37,942 nt of DNA from an uncultured archaeon (GCA_964534625.1 CAZHRF010000019.1:13578-51519); one strand, 5' to 3'. Counted from the stretch's first letter, positions 1-10,435 are shown. Notes: a model not told the origin generated them from the letters alone. Made by a program: numbers and translations.

Positions 1-199
1 GGTTTAACTAACCTTCAAGAATATAACCACGGAACAGACCCACAGAATCCAGATATGGACGATGATGGTATGCCAGACGGATGGGAAGTTGAACATAGTC
101 TTAACCCACTTATAGATGATAGTCAAGACGACGCTGATGAGGATGGTTTAACTAACCTTCAAGAATATAACCACGGAACAGACCCACAGAATCCAGATA
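1..199 (+). repeat. Intragenic direct repeat with 144-bp period
   Basis: Bases 1-55 are identical to 145-199. Confidence 0.95.
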
Positions 200-387
200 C
201 AGACGGAGACGGGTATAATGATTGGGAAGAAATAAAAAAAGGTACTAATCCCATAGATCCTGAAGATTATCCGAGTAATTTTGGGGGTATAGTGCCTATT
301 CTTGGGGGTTCCGTGTTGTTGATTGGTACAGGTATTACTATCTTTATTTTATGGAAAAAAGGAAAGATATTTGTCAAGAAGCAATAG
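1..387 (+). CDS. C-terminal part (5'-truncated by window) of a membrane-anchored surface protein with thrombospondin type-3-like Ca-binding repeats
   Basis: Frame 1 is open from base 1; DxDxDG motifs (DMDDDG, DADEDG, DTDGDG), repeated [19 protein letters not shown]-terminal hydrophobic helix and basic tail WKKGK. Confidence 0.85.
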   Translation, partial: GLTNLQEYNHGTDPQNPDMDDDGMPDGWEVEHSLNPLIDDSQDDADEDGLTNLQEYNHGTDPQNPDTDGDGYNDWEEIKKGTNPIDPEDYPSNFGGIVPILGGSVLLIGTGITIFILWKKGKIFVKKQ

Positions 388-734
388 TCGGAAATCTTTT
401 TCCTTTTTATCCTTCTTTCAAATCATTTCTTGTTACTAAAAAAGCCGATCATAATTTATTTAAATAATCGTTTGCTATTCTTATACTATACTTTTTCTAG
501 TATCGCTTTAGATAGATCTAATACAGATTATGAAATTGTTCTAGCCAAGCAGAAAAGTTCTCCAAATGTTCTGGTTATTGTACCATCTGTGCTCCAATTA
601 TTTTCAACTGGTGATATTTGGCTATAATGTGCTTTTTATATACTTTCATCATAGAACAAAGTTTGAATTATCAAAAATTAACATTGAGTTTTTTTCATAG
701 TAAGCCATTTAAAGACATACGTAGAAACTGGTTT

Positions 735-1916
735 ATGAAATACAATTTTGATGAAGAGATTAACAGAAAAAATACCTTTTCTGTTAAATGGGATTTCTTG
801 AAACTTTTTTACCCAGATGAAGATTTGTTACCATTGTGGGTGGCGGATATGGATTTCAAATCGCCTCAACCAGTGATTGAAGCTTTGAAAAATGTTGCTG
901 AGCACGGCGTGTATGGTTACAGTTATCATAAAACAGACCAATTTTTTGATGCTATAAAGGACTGGATGGACAATATACACAACTGGGAGATTGAATCAGA
1001 CTGGATCCAATATAGCCCAGGTATTGTACCTGCTATTGCATTAATAATCAGAACCTTTTCAGCTCCAGGAGAAAAAGTAATTATTAATGAGCCTGTTTAT
1101 TACCCTTTCAGATCAAAAATTACTAACAACGGCAGACTTGTTTTGAATAATGAATTACAATTAGAGGGAAATAAATATAGATTTGATATTGAGGATTTTA
1201 AGAAAAAAGCAGAAGACCCTTTAGCTAGATTATACATTTTATGTAGCCCTCACAATCCTGTTGGCAGAGTGTGGACAAAAAAAGAGCTCAAGGCTATAGG
1301 TGACATCTGCCTTGATAACAACATTCTCGTTATCTCTGATGAAATTTGGCATGATCTTATTCTCCCAGAGTATACTCACACAGTTTTTCCAACTATTTCT
1401 GATGATTTTGCAGATATTTCAATCACCTGTACAGCCCCGAGTAAAACTTTCAATATCGCTGGTTTACATGCATCTAATATTATTATATCTAACAAAGAGA
1501 TGCGAGAAAAATTCAATCATACAATTGTCAATCAAGATTCTCTCTCGTCTCCAAGTCCATTTGCAATAGCAGCTACAATAGCATCTTATAATGAGGGCAA
1601 AGAATGGTTAGATCAAGTTATTACCTATATCGCTGATAATTTTGCCTTTTTACAATCATTCGTAAAAAAGAATATGCCACAAGTAAAAATGATAAAACCT
1701 GAAGGAACATATCTAGCGTGGCTTGATTTTCGAGCATTTGGGTTAGATAAAGACCAACTACAAGATGTAATGCAGAAAAAAGCTAAAGTAGCATTAGATG
1801 AAGGGTTCATTTTTGGTAAAGGAGGCCAAGGATTCGAGAGAATAAATGTGGCTACCCCTAGATCTATTCTTAAAGAGTGCATGGAGAGAATAAACGAAGT
1901 ATTAGAGAAAATGTAA
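735..1916 (+). CDS. patB: MalY/PatB family PLP-dependent C-S lyase (cystathionine beta-lyase-like)
   Basis: SVKWD, LPLWVADMDF, LCSPHNPVGRVW, ISDEIWHD, APSKTFNIAGL (PLP Lys); start taken as ATG 735 rather than TTG 618. Confidence 0.92.
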   Translation: MKYNFDEEINRKNTFSVKWDFLKLFYPDEDLLPLWVADMDFKSPQPVIEALKNVAEHGVYGYSYHKTDQFFDAIKDWMDNIHNWEIESDWIQYSPGIVPAIALIIRTFSAPGEKVIINEPVYYPFRSKITNNGRLVLNNELQLEGNKYRFDIEDFKKKAEDPLARLYILCSPHNPVGRVWTKKELKAIGDICLDNNILVISDEIWHDLILPEYTHTVFPTISDDFADISITCTAPSKTFNIAGLHASNIIISNKEMREKFNHTIVNQDSLSSPSPFAIAATIASYNEGKEWLDQVITYIADNFAFLQSFVKKNMPQVKMIKPEGTYLAWLDFRAFGLDKDQLQDVMQKKAKVALDEGFIFGKGGQGFERINVATPRSILKECMERINEVLEKM

Positions 1917-1969
1917 ATGAATCATACAAAAAGCGATTTATTGCTTGTTTAGTATCTTTTTCATTCTCT

Positions 1970-3868
1970 TTATTTCTTAATAATAGTCTGAGTAACATAG
2001 CCTATTATAAAACCAATTGACTCTATGAAGAGCAACCCTATGGCGATTTCACTATTACTAGGATATATCAAGACAATGAAACCAGCTAATAAAAAGAAAA
2101 GAGTAAGACTGATAACGAATGTTCGTCTGTTTTCTAATTGTCCATGGAGTGTTTTTGTTGTTGTTCTTAAAGCAGCCACATATCGCTCAATAATAGCATC
2201 ATATGTTAATTTTAAGGAAAGAATCAATATAATTGCACCAAGAACATGAACAAAAAACCTACCCAAGGTTATTTCTAAATGAGATATGAACAAGAGCCAC
2301 CAAGATTGTATCCAAGATAAAAAGGAGAAATTTAGATCTAATTGCCAACCGAGAGTTATTAACCCTAAAAGGAATCTTGAGAAAAAATCAAATAAGACAA
2401 TAAGAGGTATGAATATTCCATCATAAAGTTCTCTGAAACTGAATTTTTTTAGCATGATCTTGGATGAATTAAAAATATCTTTGACCCCAGCTTCACCATA
2501 GCCTTGAAGAAAACCTATAAATGGCGATATAATCAGCAATAAAACTGCAGTAAAACCAAAAACGGACATAAAATCACCACCAGCAATAATATATCTAATG
2601 CTGATTTTACTTGTATCCATAATCCATTCTTTATAGGGAATCAAATCATACAAATTATTTAGAGAGGAATAGGTAGAGAGGAACAGAGACGAAAATACCT
2701 CCAAGAATGCATTACCACCAAAAATTAATCCTACAGTAAAACCACCAAACGAGAAAAGTGCAATCATAATTAAAGTAAATTCGTCCAATATTCGATTCTT
2801 GTTTTCATTAGCTTCTTTAGTTTTAAGGATGGTTTTTTTCTTTACTTTACGTTTATTAATGGGTCCTTCTTCCTCTTCAATGCTAAAAATTCGTTTAAGA
2901 ACCCATGATAGAAAGAATCCTAAGAAACCACCTACTATTGCTAAACCAAATACCATAATAGCAGAGACTCCCAATCCTAGAACCGTTGAAATAACGATAT
3001 TGACTAGACTTGGAATTACTAACATTAAAAACAGACCAATTTCCAACCCAAGTTGGGGATAGAAACCCATAATAGAATTAATTAAGCCTAACAGAGTAAA
3101 TGTTGCAAATATACTTAGAACAATACTGGTTCCCGTTTTAATAATACCAGTTGGATCTTCAACCTCTTCAGAATCATAAAATATTCGTTCTATTATGCCA
3201 CCTACTGCTAGAAAGGTTATACAAAAGATTAAAGTTAAAACAAACACTATTAGTGAAAGGATAAGAGTAATTTCTAGATTATTATATGAAACAAGTAAGA
3301 GAGGGGATACAAATGAGCCAAGTAGTAGTATCAAAAATCCTTGTAAAACATGTTTTTTCTTTAAATTATACCTCCTTATGGCAAATACGCTAATAATTAG
3401 AGACAAAAAAATAAAATTAGCAAGAAATGTACCACCAATTTTAACATTTATTGAAGTTACCACTTGTAAGTAACTTATATCGGTATTATTTGATAGCAAT
3501 AGCATAAATGCAGAAAGAAAACAAGTAAAAATTACTACCCAAACTACCACTTGTAGTCCAGGTTTATCTTTCTTGCTTAGTAATGTCAACAACAGGGAGA
3601 GCAAGTAAGCTGTAAATACAAAAGAAAAAACGAGTAAATTAATATTAGGGGCAAAACGACCATTTTCAATAGGAATAAAGTAATTAAGGTTACTTTGATA
3701 AAAGGTTGATTTTAAAAAGAAGAGCAGAATTTGCAAAATCAAAAAAAATGTTTCCGCAAAGAGTAAAAATCTAAAGACATGGAATGCAGATATAATCCAG
3801 TTAATATTAAACCACAAAAAAAAACCCTTCACTTTGCCCATTTGAATACCCCTAGGGATGTAAACCAT
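1970..3868 (-). CDS. Uncharacterised polytopic membrane protein (start may be 3841)
   Basis: 632-aa ORF with many hydrophobic segments and a charged central loop; no recognised motif. Confidence 0.75.
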   Translation of the reverse strand: MVYIPRGIQMGKVKGFFLWFNINWIISAFHVFRFLLFAETFFLILQILLFFLKSTFYQSNLNYFIPIENGRFAPNINLLVFSFVFTAYLLSLLLTLLSKKDKPGLQVVVWVVIFTCFLSAFMLLLSNNTDISYLQVVTSINVKIGGTFLANFIFLSLIISVFAIRRYNLKKKHVLQGFLILLLGSFVSPLLLVSYNNLEITLILSLIVFVLTLIFCITFLAVGGIIERIFYDSEEVEDPTGIIKTGTSIVLSIFATFTLLGLINSIMGFYPQLGLEIGLFLMLVIPSLVNIVISTVLGLGVSAIMVFGLAIVGGFLGFFLSWVLKRIFSIEEEEGPINKRKVKKKTILKTKEANENKNRILDEFTLIMIALFSFGGFTVGLIFGGNAFLEVFSSLFLSTYSSLNNLYDLIPYKEWIMDTSKISIRYIIAGGDFMSVFGFTAVLLLIISPFIGFLQGYGEAGVKDIFNSSKIMLKKFSFRELYDGIFIPLIVLFDFFSRFLLGLITLGWQLDLNFSFLSWIQSWWLLFISHLEITLGRFFVHVLGAIILILSLKLTYDAIIERYVAALRTTTKTLHGQLENRRTFVISLTLFFLLAGFIVLIYPSNSEIAIGLLFIESIGFIIGYVTQTIIKK

Positions 3869-4008
3869 ATTATCCTTAAAAACATATTCTAGAAGACTAA
3901 GGCCTTTTTAAAAAAATGGCGTTATTACAAGTTCATAGGAATGCGTAAAAATGGATGAACCCATATAAATTAATTTTTTTAATGAGATTAGTCTCCAATT
4001 GAAAATTT

Positions 4009-4587
4009 CTATGCAAATGTATCTGATTTGGCATTTTTATATGTATAAGGATCAAATACAACAAATACGCCACATGCACCATAATTCCTAGTGATTTCTA
4101 ATGTCTCCGATATTACTTTATACCCATTATCATTCCAACTTGTATCTAATGTCGCTTTTCTGTTTTCAACAAGTGCCGCCACTCCTTTTTTAGCTGCTTC
4201 AGCAATCAGTTCTGATTTTTTTCCAGATTTTTCGTATGCTAAAAAGAAACTATGTTTGTGTTTATGAATCTCCATACTTATTTTAGCTAGAGCTATTGCA
4301 GCTGTTATTTTTTCACCTTTGATACCAACTCTTTTAGCACGTACTACATGTATATTTGATGAAAAAGGTAACATTTGCTTTTTATTGTTTACATGTATAA
4401 ATGTGGTACCAGAGAAAGAATCTATCACAGGCTGTATTTCTGTCTTAGGGGGGACAGAAGAGACTAAGATGTGGTTCTGATTACCTATTCCTGCTTCAAT
4501 TAATACTTTATCAAAAGCCACTAAAGCGGATACATCTGATTCTCCTTTTCCTTTTGTTAACCAGAATCTTGATGGTATAAACCTCAT
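4009..4587 (-). CDS. pdaD: Pyruvoyl-dependent arginine decarboxylase family protein
   Basis: GKGES..LVAFDKVLIEAGIGNQNHILVSSVPP with the Ser-Ser self-cleavage site. Confidence 0.8.
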   Translation of the reverse strand: MRFIPSRFWLTKGKGESDVSALVAFDKVLIEAGIGNQNHILVSSVPPKTEIQPVIDSFSGTTFIHVNNKKQMLPFSSNIHVVRAKRVGIKGEKITAAIALAKISMEIHKHKHSFFLAYEKSGKKSELIAEAAKKGVAALVENRKATLDTSWNDNGYKVISETLEITRNYGACGVFVVFDPYTYKNAKSDTFA

Positions 4588-4770
4588 TGATTAAAGTTTT
4601 CACATTTACATTTAACTCTTATTATGAGCATGATTTAGCTTCAAGTATAAAGAATAACACAAATAGCAGATAAAATTACCATCCATTTATTATAAAACCA
4701 AAAGATATAAAGGTCAACTGTTTTTTATGAACAATACTTAAAATACAGATGAACACATGTATTTTTAACA

Positions 4771-5604
4771 ATGTCAAAACTCACAAAACCTATTAGACTA
4801 ATTTTCATTTTAGTAGCACTATGTATAGCGACAATTAACACAATTTTGATTTTTATTCAGATCATCGATCCTGCAAAATGGACAAATTTCATCAATGCTT
4901 CTAACTTAGTCCTATCTCTAGTTGCGAGTGCAACAGTGGTTTTTATCGCCACTTTTACATCAAAAGAATTAAGTGAAAAACGTACATATTGGGGTTTATC
5001 AGTTGCATTTATTTTTTACAGTTTAGCGGAAACAGTTTGGACAATTTATCCAATTATTATACATTCTGAACTACCCAATCCATCTTTAGCGGATTTGTTT
5101 TGGATTATCGGAACAATCACTTTAATTTCAGAGATTATATTACATCAACAGACATTAGAAAGAGATCTTGATGCCAAATCTAGTATTGTTCTATTTTCTC
5201 TTGTAGGTATCATTGTCGTTGGTTTGATTGTGCTTACTTTTGGTGAAAATGTTATTCTCCAAGAATTTGTACCGGAAGAAGGTTTTGGCCCAATTCAAAA
5301 AGCAGTAGCTATTTTTTATTTTACTGGGGATTGTTTACTAGTTTATGCTATTGGATTAATAGCATTTACTCATATCAATTCAAAAGAATTGCAAGGACAA
5401 ACAAGTTGGTTGTTATTGTTATTGGGTATGCTTAGCATGGTTATTGGCGATACATTTTATACCTCAGGTGTTACATATATCAAAGGCACAGAAAATTATC
5501 TTATAGAAGACATTTTTTATACCTTTCAGTATTTTTTTTGGGTCTTAGGCGTGGCAACATTTCCAATGTCTCTAGAAGATAAAAAGGGAGGGATAACCAA
5601 ATGA
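4771..5604 (+). CDS. Stand-alone multi-TM membrane protein resembling the membrane sensor region of signalling proteins
   Basis: About 8 hydrophobic helices, PSLADLFW and GD..Y motifs; overlaps next start (ATGA..TAA region 5601-5604). Confidence 0.7.
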   Translation: MSKLTKPIRLIFILVALCIATINTILIFIQIIDPAKWTNFINASNLVLSLVASATVVFIATFTSKELSEKRTYWGLSVAFIFYSLAETVWTIYPIIIHSELPNPSLADLFWIIGTITLISEIILHQQTLERDLDAKSSIVLFSLVGIIVVGLIVLTFGENVILQEFVPEEGFGPIQKAVAIFYFTGDCLLVYAIGLIAFTHINSKELQGQTSWLLLLLGMLSMVIGDTFYTSGVTYIKGTENYLIEDIFYTFQYFFWVLGVATFPMSLEDKKGGITK

Positions 5605-8600
5605 CAGATATAATTGACCATCCGGAAGACGTAGAACGAGCAAAAAATACTTTTTTTAGTATTGTAAGCTCTATATTATATGCTGTTATCATATATCTTT
5701 CAGAAACTATAACACTCATTCCTGGTTTTGAAAATGTCAATATCAATTTAGCTATTTTTGTACCAGCAGTTACAGCAATAATCTTCGGTAAAACAGTTGG
5801 TGCTACTTCTGCTAGTGGAGGTAAATTATTATCAATAGCAGGCAATAGTCTATTATTAGGAACAGGCACATTTGTTGAATGGACTACTTTATTTAGTATT
5901 TTAAGCAATGCTATCGGTGGTTGGACCGTGGGTGCTTTAAGACAAAATCCAGTTGGATTACAAGAAGAAACCTTCACAAAACGTTTTACATCTAATAAAA
6001 CATGGGGTAGAATAGGCGGAAACACTTTGAGCTCAATCATAGGCATTGGGATGGCAACAAGTTTCGTTGATGGTTTTGGGAATACAATTACAGGTCAAAT
6101 GTCAACAACAGAAGGCGTAATTATATTTATTCAACAGTTTTTTGTTAGTAGTTTAATTCTCTTGATTATTATTCCTATAACATTATTTTTCTATGAAACG
6201 GGAGATCTTATTGTAGATAGTAGAATCATACGTATAGACAAATCTTTGCGTAAACTACTTTTTTCTACAGAGAAAGAAGAAGTTGCTGTAATCACTAAAA
6301 TTGATTTACCAAAGAGAGCTTTTACAAAAAATACTTGGGTTCCTTTGAAAATACGTTTTAGAAATGTACTCTCTAAAGAATCGGTGTTTAATATTGAAGG
6401 TGTTTCAACAGCAAGAATCCACCCATCGCGTAGTACAACAAAACTATTGCAACCAACTGAAGTCTATGAACAGACATTCTTTGTTCATGCATCTGTTCAA
6501 GAAAGCATTTCATTAAGGTTTAGAATTGCAGAAAAGATACAACACACGTGGGAAGAGAACAACCAGCAAAAAGAAACAATTGTTGATATTAATGGGCGTA
6601 GTTATAATCCTAAACGAAGTACTCTAACAATGATCATCTTCAGTATCTCTAATTTCTTAACTGTAGGCGTTGGCATACTCTGGGATAATATTCTTTCTAT
6701 TATCACAAAAATTAGTGATTTTGATTATAGTGTGTTTTTCCACCAATCGTTCTCATTTATTGGTATATTAGCTGCTATGGAGGCGGTCATTTTTATACCG
6801 TTTTTGATTTTAATGAGAAGAAGGCTTATTTCACTCTCTAATAAAATGGAGCGAAAGGTTTCACTGAGTACAGATGTGATTAAAGAAAAAACAGCCAAAT
6901 CATTTCGAGTAAGATTGGCTAAAATATTTGAAGAATCTAAGCGTTCAATATCACTCTATCTGAAAGTGGCTTTAATATACCTGACATTTATTAGCGTTAT
7001 TATATTAGGCGTTGAAGGATATAAAGCACTATTTGATGGATCTTATAATACCACGTATAGCACAGAGCTCATGTACCTTGCAATAGGTATCTTCTTTGCA
7101 TGGTTCATAGGTCTTAGAGGTATTGATTTATTAAAAGAAGCAGGTTTACTTGAAAAAGAGAAATGTATCATTGATGAAGATGGGGCTGTAATTGCTATAA
7201 ATCCTGTTAAAGATTTTGTTAAAGCGGAACCAAATGAATTAATTATCCGAACTATAAACATATCTAAAAATCCAGGAATTAGGATCCAATTAACTGGTTT
7301 AGACACAATCTCCCCTTCAACCATTGAACTTAAAGTCGCTCAAGGAAAACAAGGTACGTTTAGAGCATCAGTAACACCTGTCGATTTAGGAAAAAGAGAG
7401 ATATTGGCTATTGCGTATCCCTTATATGATGAAAATGGTATGTACATACCTCTTGACGTGGCCGAACCATTATCTAATCAACGTATTCATTATCAGGTGA
7501 AATCCTCAGATGAATTATTAGGTATGAACAAACAAAAGAGAGAAAATTTACTAAAAATAGGTTCATTCCTTGTTTTACTCGTTTCAACACTATTCGCGTC
7601 TAATAGCATAATAAATGCCATATTTGGGGAAATAGATATTGAGAACTTTATACAAAGAATGGCCCCGTATATAATAGCTATACAAGTACCGTTCATCTAT
7701 GCGTATGTCCATGTAAAAACAAGAATACAACATAGATTAGACCAGCTAAACTATTATCTAGAAAAAGATTCTATCTCAAATACTGTAATTAAGGAATATG
7801 AAAAATTATTCTCAAAAGACTTTGTAAAAACATTCAGAGAACATATTGTAAACAAGGCCAAAAAACGTATTATAGACACCACTAAAACTTTAGTTAAAAC
7901 TAAAACCTCAAAACAAATAGAAGAAGAAATAATATCCATCACGGACAAATATCTAAGAAAAGAGATTCAAGTGATAACAACAAGTGATATGGCACATAAA
8001 TCAGATAGTAACCTTGAACTTGTGATAAAGGAAATCGTTGCGATACATCTCAAAAAAAGTTATGGTAAGATAATACTAAAAATGATTAACAATGCTAAAA
8101 AGAGTAAAATGGATGATGAACCCTTTAAAGGCAAAATAACTCCTAAAGAAAGAGAGCAATTGGCGGAAAGTATTGCTGAAGATGTAAAAAAACTATTCTA
8201 TAAGGAAGTATTAAAGAAAGAATCAACTCAAAAGTTTGAACAAGACCTAATTGAGAGACTATCAGAAGAAATTACTCCCTATTTAAGTAAGCCAATCAAA
8301 AAACGAATTTTAAAAGACATGGTATCTGATGTAAGAAGAGAAATACAAAATGAGATAGAAACGGGGTTAGTTGATGATATCTTTGAAGAAATAGAAAAAT
8401 CAATCGATAAAACAATAATAGACAGATATGAAAAAGAGATTAGTGCAAAGTTGACTGATAGAAGCCTAACTAGAAAACTAGTAGAAGAAATAGATGAATG
8501 GGCAGGAGCCAATCTTACTAAGGAATTAGAAACAACCATAGGTACAAAACAAGAGATGGCTACGATACAAAAAATAGAAGAGGGATTTAAACAAAGAATC

Positions 8601-8837
8601 AAAGACGAACTTATTTCAAGTGTTAAAAAGAAACTCCTAAGGAAGATTAAAAAACAAACTAAAAGATATTTAAAAAAGCATCTAAAAGGACATATCGAAT
8701 CAAAACTGGAAGAAAAATTAGAGGAAGAGTTACAAAAATACTTAAAGTACGATCTAAGTCAACAAGAATGGAAAAGGATCATTAGATATATAGTAGATCG
8801 AGAAATTGAAACTCAAGTTAGGAAAACAATAGTATAG
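5601..8837 (+). CDS. Large membrane protein: ECF S-component-like N-terminus, two beta-rich (Ig-like) domains each followed by TM pairs, charged helical C-terminal tail
   Basis: 1078-aa ORF; PAVTAIIFGKTVG motif; soluble beta-rich segments; E/K-rich C-terminal third. Domain names are inference. Confidence 0.7.
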   Translation: MTDIIDHPEDVERAKNTFFSIVSSILYAVIIYLSETITLIPGFENVNINLAIFVPAVTAIIFGKTVGATSASGGKLLSIAGNSLLLGTGTFVEWTTLFSILSNAIGGWTVGALRQNPVGLQEETFTKRFTSNKTWGRIGGNTLSSIIGIGMATSFVDGFGNTITGQMSTTEGVIIFIQQFFVSSLILLIIIPITLFFYETGDLIVDSRIIRIDKSLRKLLFSTEKEEVAVITKIDLPKRAFTKNTWVPLKIRFRNVLSKESVFNIEGVSTARIHPSRSTTKLLQPTEVYEQTFFVHASVQESISLRFRIAEKIQHTWEENNQQKETIVDINGRSYNPKRSTLTMIIFSISNFLTVGVGILWDNILSIITKISDFDYSVFFHQSFSFIGILAAMEAVIFIPFLILMRRRLISLSNKMERKVSLSTDVIKEKTAKSFRVRLAKIFEESKRSISLYLKVALIYLTFISVIILGVEGYKALFDGSYNTTYSTELMYLAIGIFFAWFIGLRGIDLLKEAGLLEKEKCIIDEDGAVIAINPVKDFVKAEPNELIIRTINISKNPGIRIQLTGLDTISPSTIELKVAQGKQGTFRASVTPVDLGKREILAIAYPLYDENGMYIPLDVAEPLSNQRIHYQVKSSDELLGMNKQKRENLLKIGSFLVLLVSTLFASNSIINAIFGEIDIENFIQRMAPYIIAIQVPFIYAYVHVKTRIQHRLDQLNYYLEKDSISNTVIKEYEKLFSKDFVKTFREHIVNKAKKRIIDTTKTLVKTKTSKQIEEEIISITDKYLRKEIQVITTSDMAHKSDSNLELVIKEIVAIHLKKSYGKIILKMINNAKKSKMDDEPFKGKITPKEREQLAESIAEDVKKLFYKEVLKKESTQKFEQDLIERLSEEITPYLSKPIKKRILKDMVSDVRREIQNEIETGLVDDIFEEIEKSIDKTIIDRYEKEISAKLTDRSLTRKLVEEIDEWAGANLTKELETTIGTKQEMATIQKIEEGFKQRIKDELISSVKKKLLRKIKKQTKRYLKKHLKGHIESKLEEKLEEELQKYLKYDLSQQEWKRIIRYIVDREIETQVRKTIV

Positions 8838-8883
8838 GTTAAATCGTAACCTCTTCCTTTTCTTACCCTTCCTTTTCTTACCC
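8836..8883 (+). terminator. Hairpin plus tandem pyrimidine-rich 15-mer, probable terminator
   Basis: aggtta-aatcg-taacct (8836-8852) then cttccttttcttacc x2 (8853-8882). Confidence 0.5.
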
Positions 8884-8964
8884 AGTAAAATGGACATCTC
8901 AAAGAGTTATGACATTGAAAAAAGAGCATATATGTAGATAAAAAATTAGAAAAATTGTTTCATA

Positions 8965-9681
8965 TCATAAAGTAAGTTCATTGATTTCTTTTGCTATTTT
9001 TTCTGCATTTAACCATTCACATTCAAATTTGTTTAAAATTGCTATTATCTCATCAAAGTTTGGCTCTAACTCCGCAGCAAGTTCTTTATTATTTAGTTCC
9101 AGCATCGCCCACAGAACATTTAGAGGATTACGAATTTGGTCAACGAAATTCCAGAAATAACCAATACTTGCATTTAATTGCATAAGCATTACTTCCCTTA
9201 GTTTTTGCAATTTTTTCTGCTGAGTAATATTTCTTGCGATGGCCAAAACCTCATTTTTACCATTGATAGATATAAGGACTGATCTAACTTCAAAGTATAA
9301 AATCTCCCCTTTATCATTTTTAAATAAAGTGATAAAACTCTCAACGCTATCATCCCCTTGTAATCTCTTTTTTCTTCTCTTTTTAACGTCTTCTTGTTGT
9401 ACTTTTGGGAAATAGTCCATAATATTAGACCCTATTAATTTTTCTTTCTCGTAACCTGTTAGTTCAATAGTGGCTTGATTTACAAAAGAAATTGTTCCTT
9501 TCATGTCATGAATCAATATTAGCTCTTGAGCATTTTCAGTAATCGCTTGTAATCTTTCTTTTTCTCTTTTTCTTTCTGTAATATCATTGTCCTTTCTCAT
9601 CTCTATAGGTTGGTAGCGATCTTGAAATTTTTCCTTCTTCTTTTGATTTCCCCTTTCCCCTTTCCCATTCTCACTTTTCAT
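8965..9681 (-). CDS. PAS domain protein with degenerate HisKA-like helix and no HATPase domain
   Basis: DITERK, GTISFVN..TGY..EKLIG, ARNITQQK PAS/PAC motifs; FVDQIRNPL in place of an H-box. Confidence 0.88.
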   Translation of the reverse strand: MKSENGKGERGNQKKKEKFQDRYQPIEMRKDNDITERKREKERLQAITENAQELILIHDMKGTISFVNQATIELTGYEKEKLIGSNIMDYFPKVQQEDVKKRRKKRLQGDDSVESFITLFKNDKGEILYFEVRSVLISINGKNEVLAIARNITQQKKLQKLREVMLMQLNASIGYFWNFVDQIRNPLNVLWAMLELNNKELAAELEPNFDEIIAILNKFECEWLNAEKIAKEINELTL

Positions 9682-9770
9682 CTTATTTAAAATAATTACA
9701 CAATATAAAAAAGTTAACCAAGTCTAGTATTATCGATAATAATATAAAGAAAAAAAACAACAAATAACTA

Positions 9771-10172
9771 ATGGGACAATCTGATAGCGATGGGGACAAG
9801 GGTCATCTTGACAACATTGAAAAACGTATTTTAATTGCAGAGGACGATCATCAATTGAGAGAATTATTTCAATTGGCTCTTTCAAAATACAAAGTCTACA
9901 CTGCAGAAAATGGATTAGAAGCCATAAAAATAGCTCAAAAAATCAATCCGCATGTCATCTTGATGGATATTAAAATGCCCATCCTCGATGGGATTGAGGC
10001 AACAAGAAAAATAAGACAACATGATAAAAAAGTAAAAATTGTGGGAATTTCAGCCTTCAAAGGCGAATTATACAAAAAGATGGTACTAGCGGGAATAAAT
10101 GAATTTTATAGAAAGCCCATTTCAATTGCAAAATTACGGGAAATTATTAGTGATCAAATAAACATGAACTAG
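9771..10172 (+). CDS. Single-domain response regulator (CheY-like receiver)
   Basis: ILIAEDD, ILMDIKMPILDG (phospho-Asp), ISA, KP. Confidence 0.95.
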   Translation: MGQSDSDGDKGHLDNIEKRILIAEDDHQLRELFQLALSKYKVYTAENGLEAIKIAQKINPHVILMDIKMPILDGIEATRKIRQHDKKVKIVGISAFKGELYKKMVLAGINEFYRKPISIAKLREIISDQINMN

Positions 10173-10188
10173 ACCTTAATTGCTGCAT

Positions 10189-10228
10189 TCGCCCACAGAA
10201 CATTTAGAGGATTACGAATTTGGTCAAC
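10189..10228 (+). repeat. Exact 40-bp direct copy of 9105-9144
   Basis: tcgcccacagaacatttagaggattacgaatttggtcaac at both positions. Confidence 0.95.
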
Positions 10229-10329
10229 AGAATCTGAAATAGCTCGCATTTATCTCGTATATTTTCTGTTTCTTTACTACGTGTTAGTTTTATTCACCAG
10301 TTTACAAGATAATAAATACATTCTATACA

Positions 10330-10374
10330 GACAAAAAAGAAAAAGAAAGAAAACCTCGCTGGTGACAAGTCACC
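10330..10374 (-). terminator. Probable terminator of the ABC operon
   Basis: ggtgac-aa-gtcacc palindrome (10361-10374) followed on the minus strand by a long T-rich tract. Confidence 0.45.
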
Positions 10375-10435
10375 TATCCCAAAGTAAGCTTTTTGATCTC
10401 AAGAAAATAAAAAAGTTACAAAAAGAAATACGTAA

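Noticed and set aside
430-734. ORF 430-627 and the N-terminal extension of patB from 618
   Set aside because: TTG starts in AT-rich intergenic DNA; family similarity starts at ATG 735.
9105-10228. 40-bp repeat as a DGR template/variable pair or CRISPR repeat
   Set aside because: No adenine-specific mismatches, no reverse transcriptase in the window, and only two copies 1084 bp apart.
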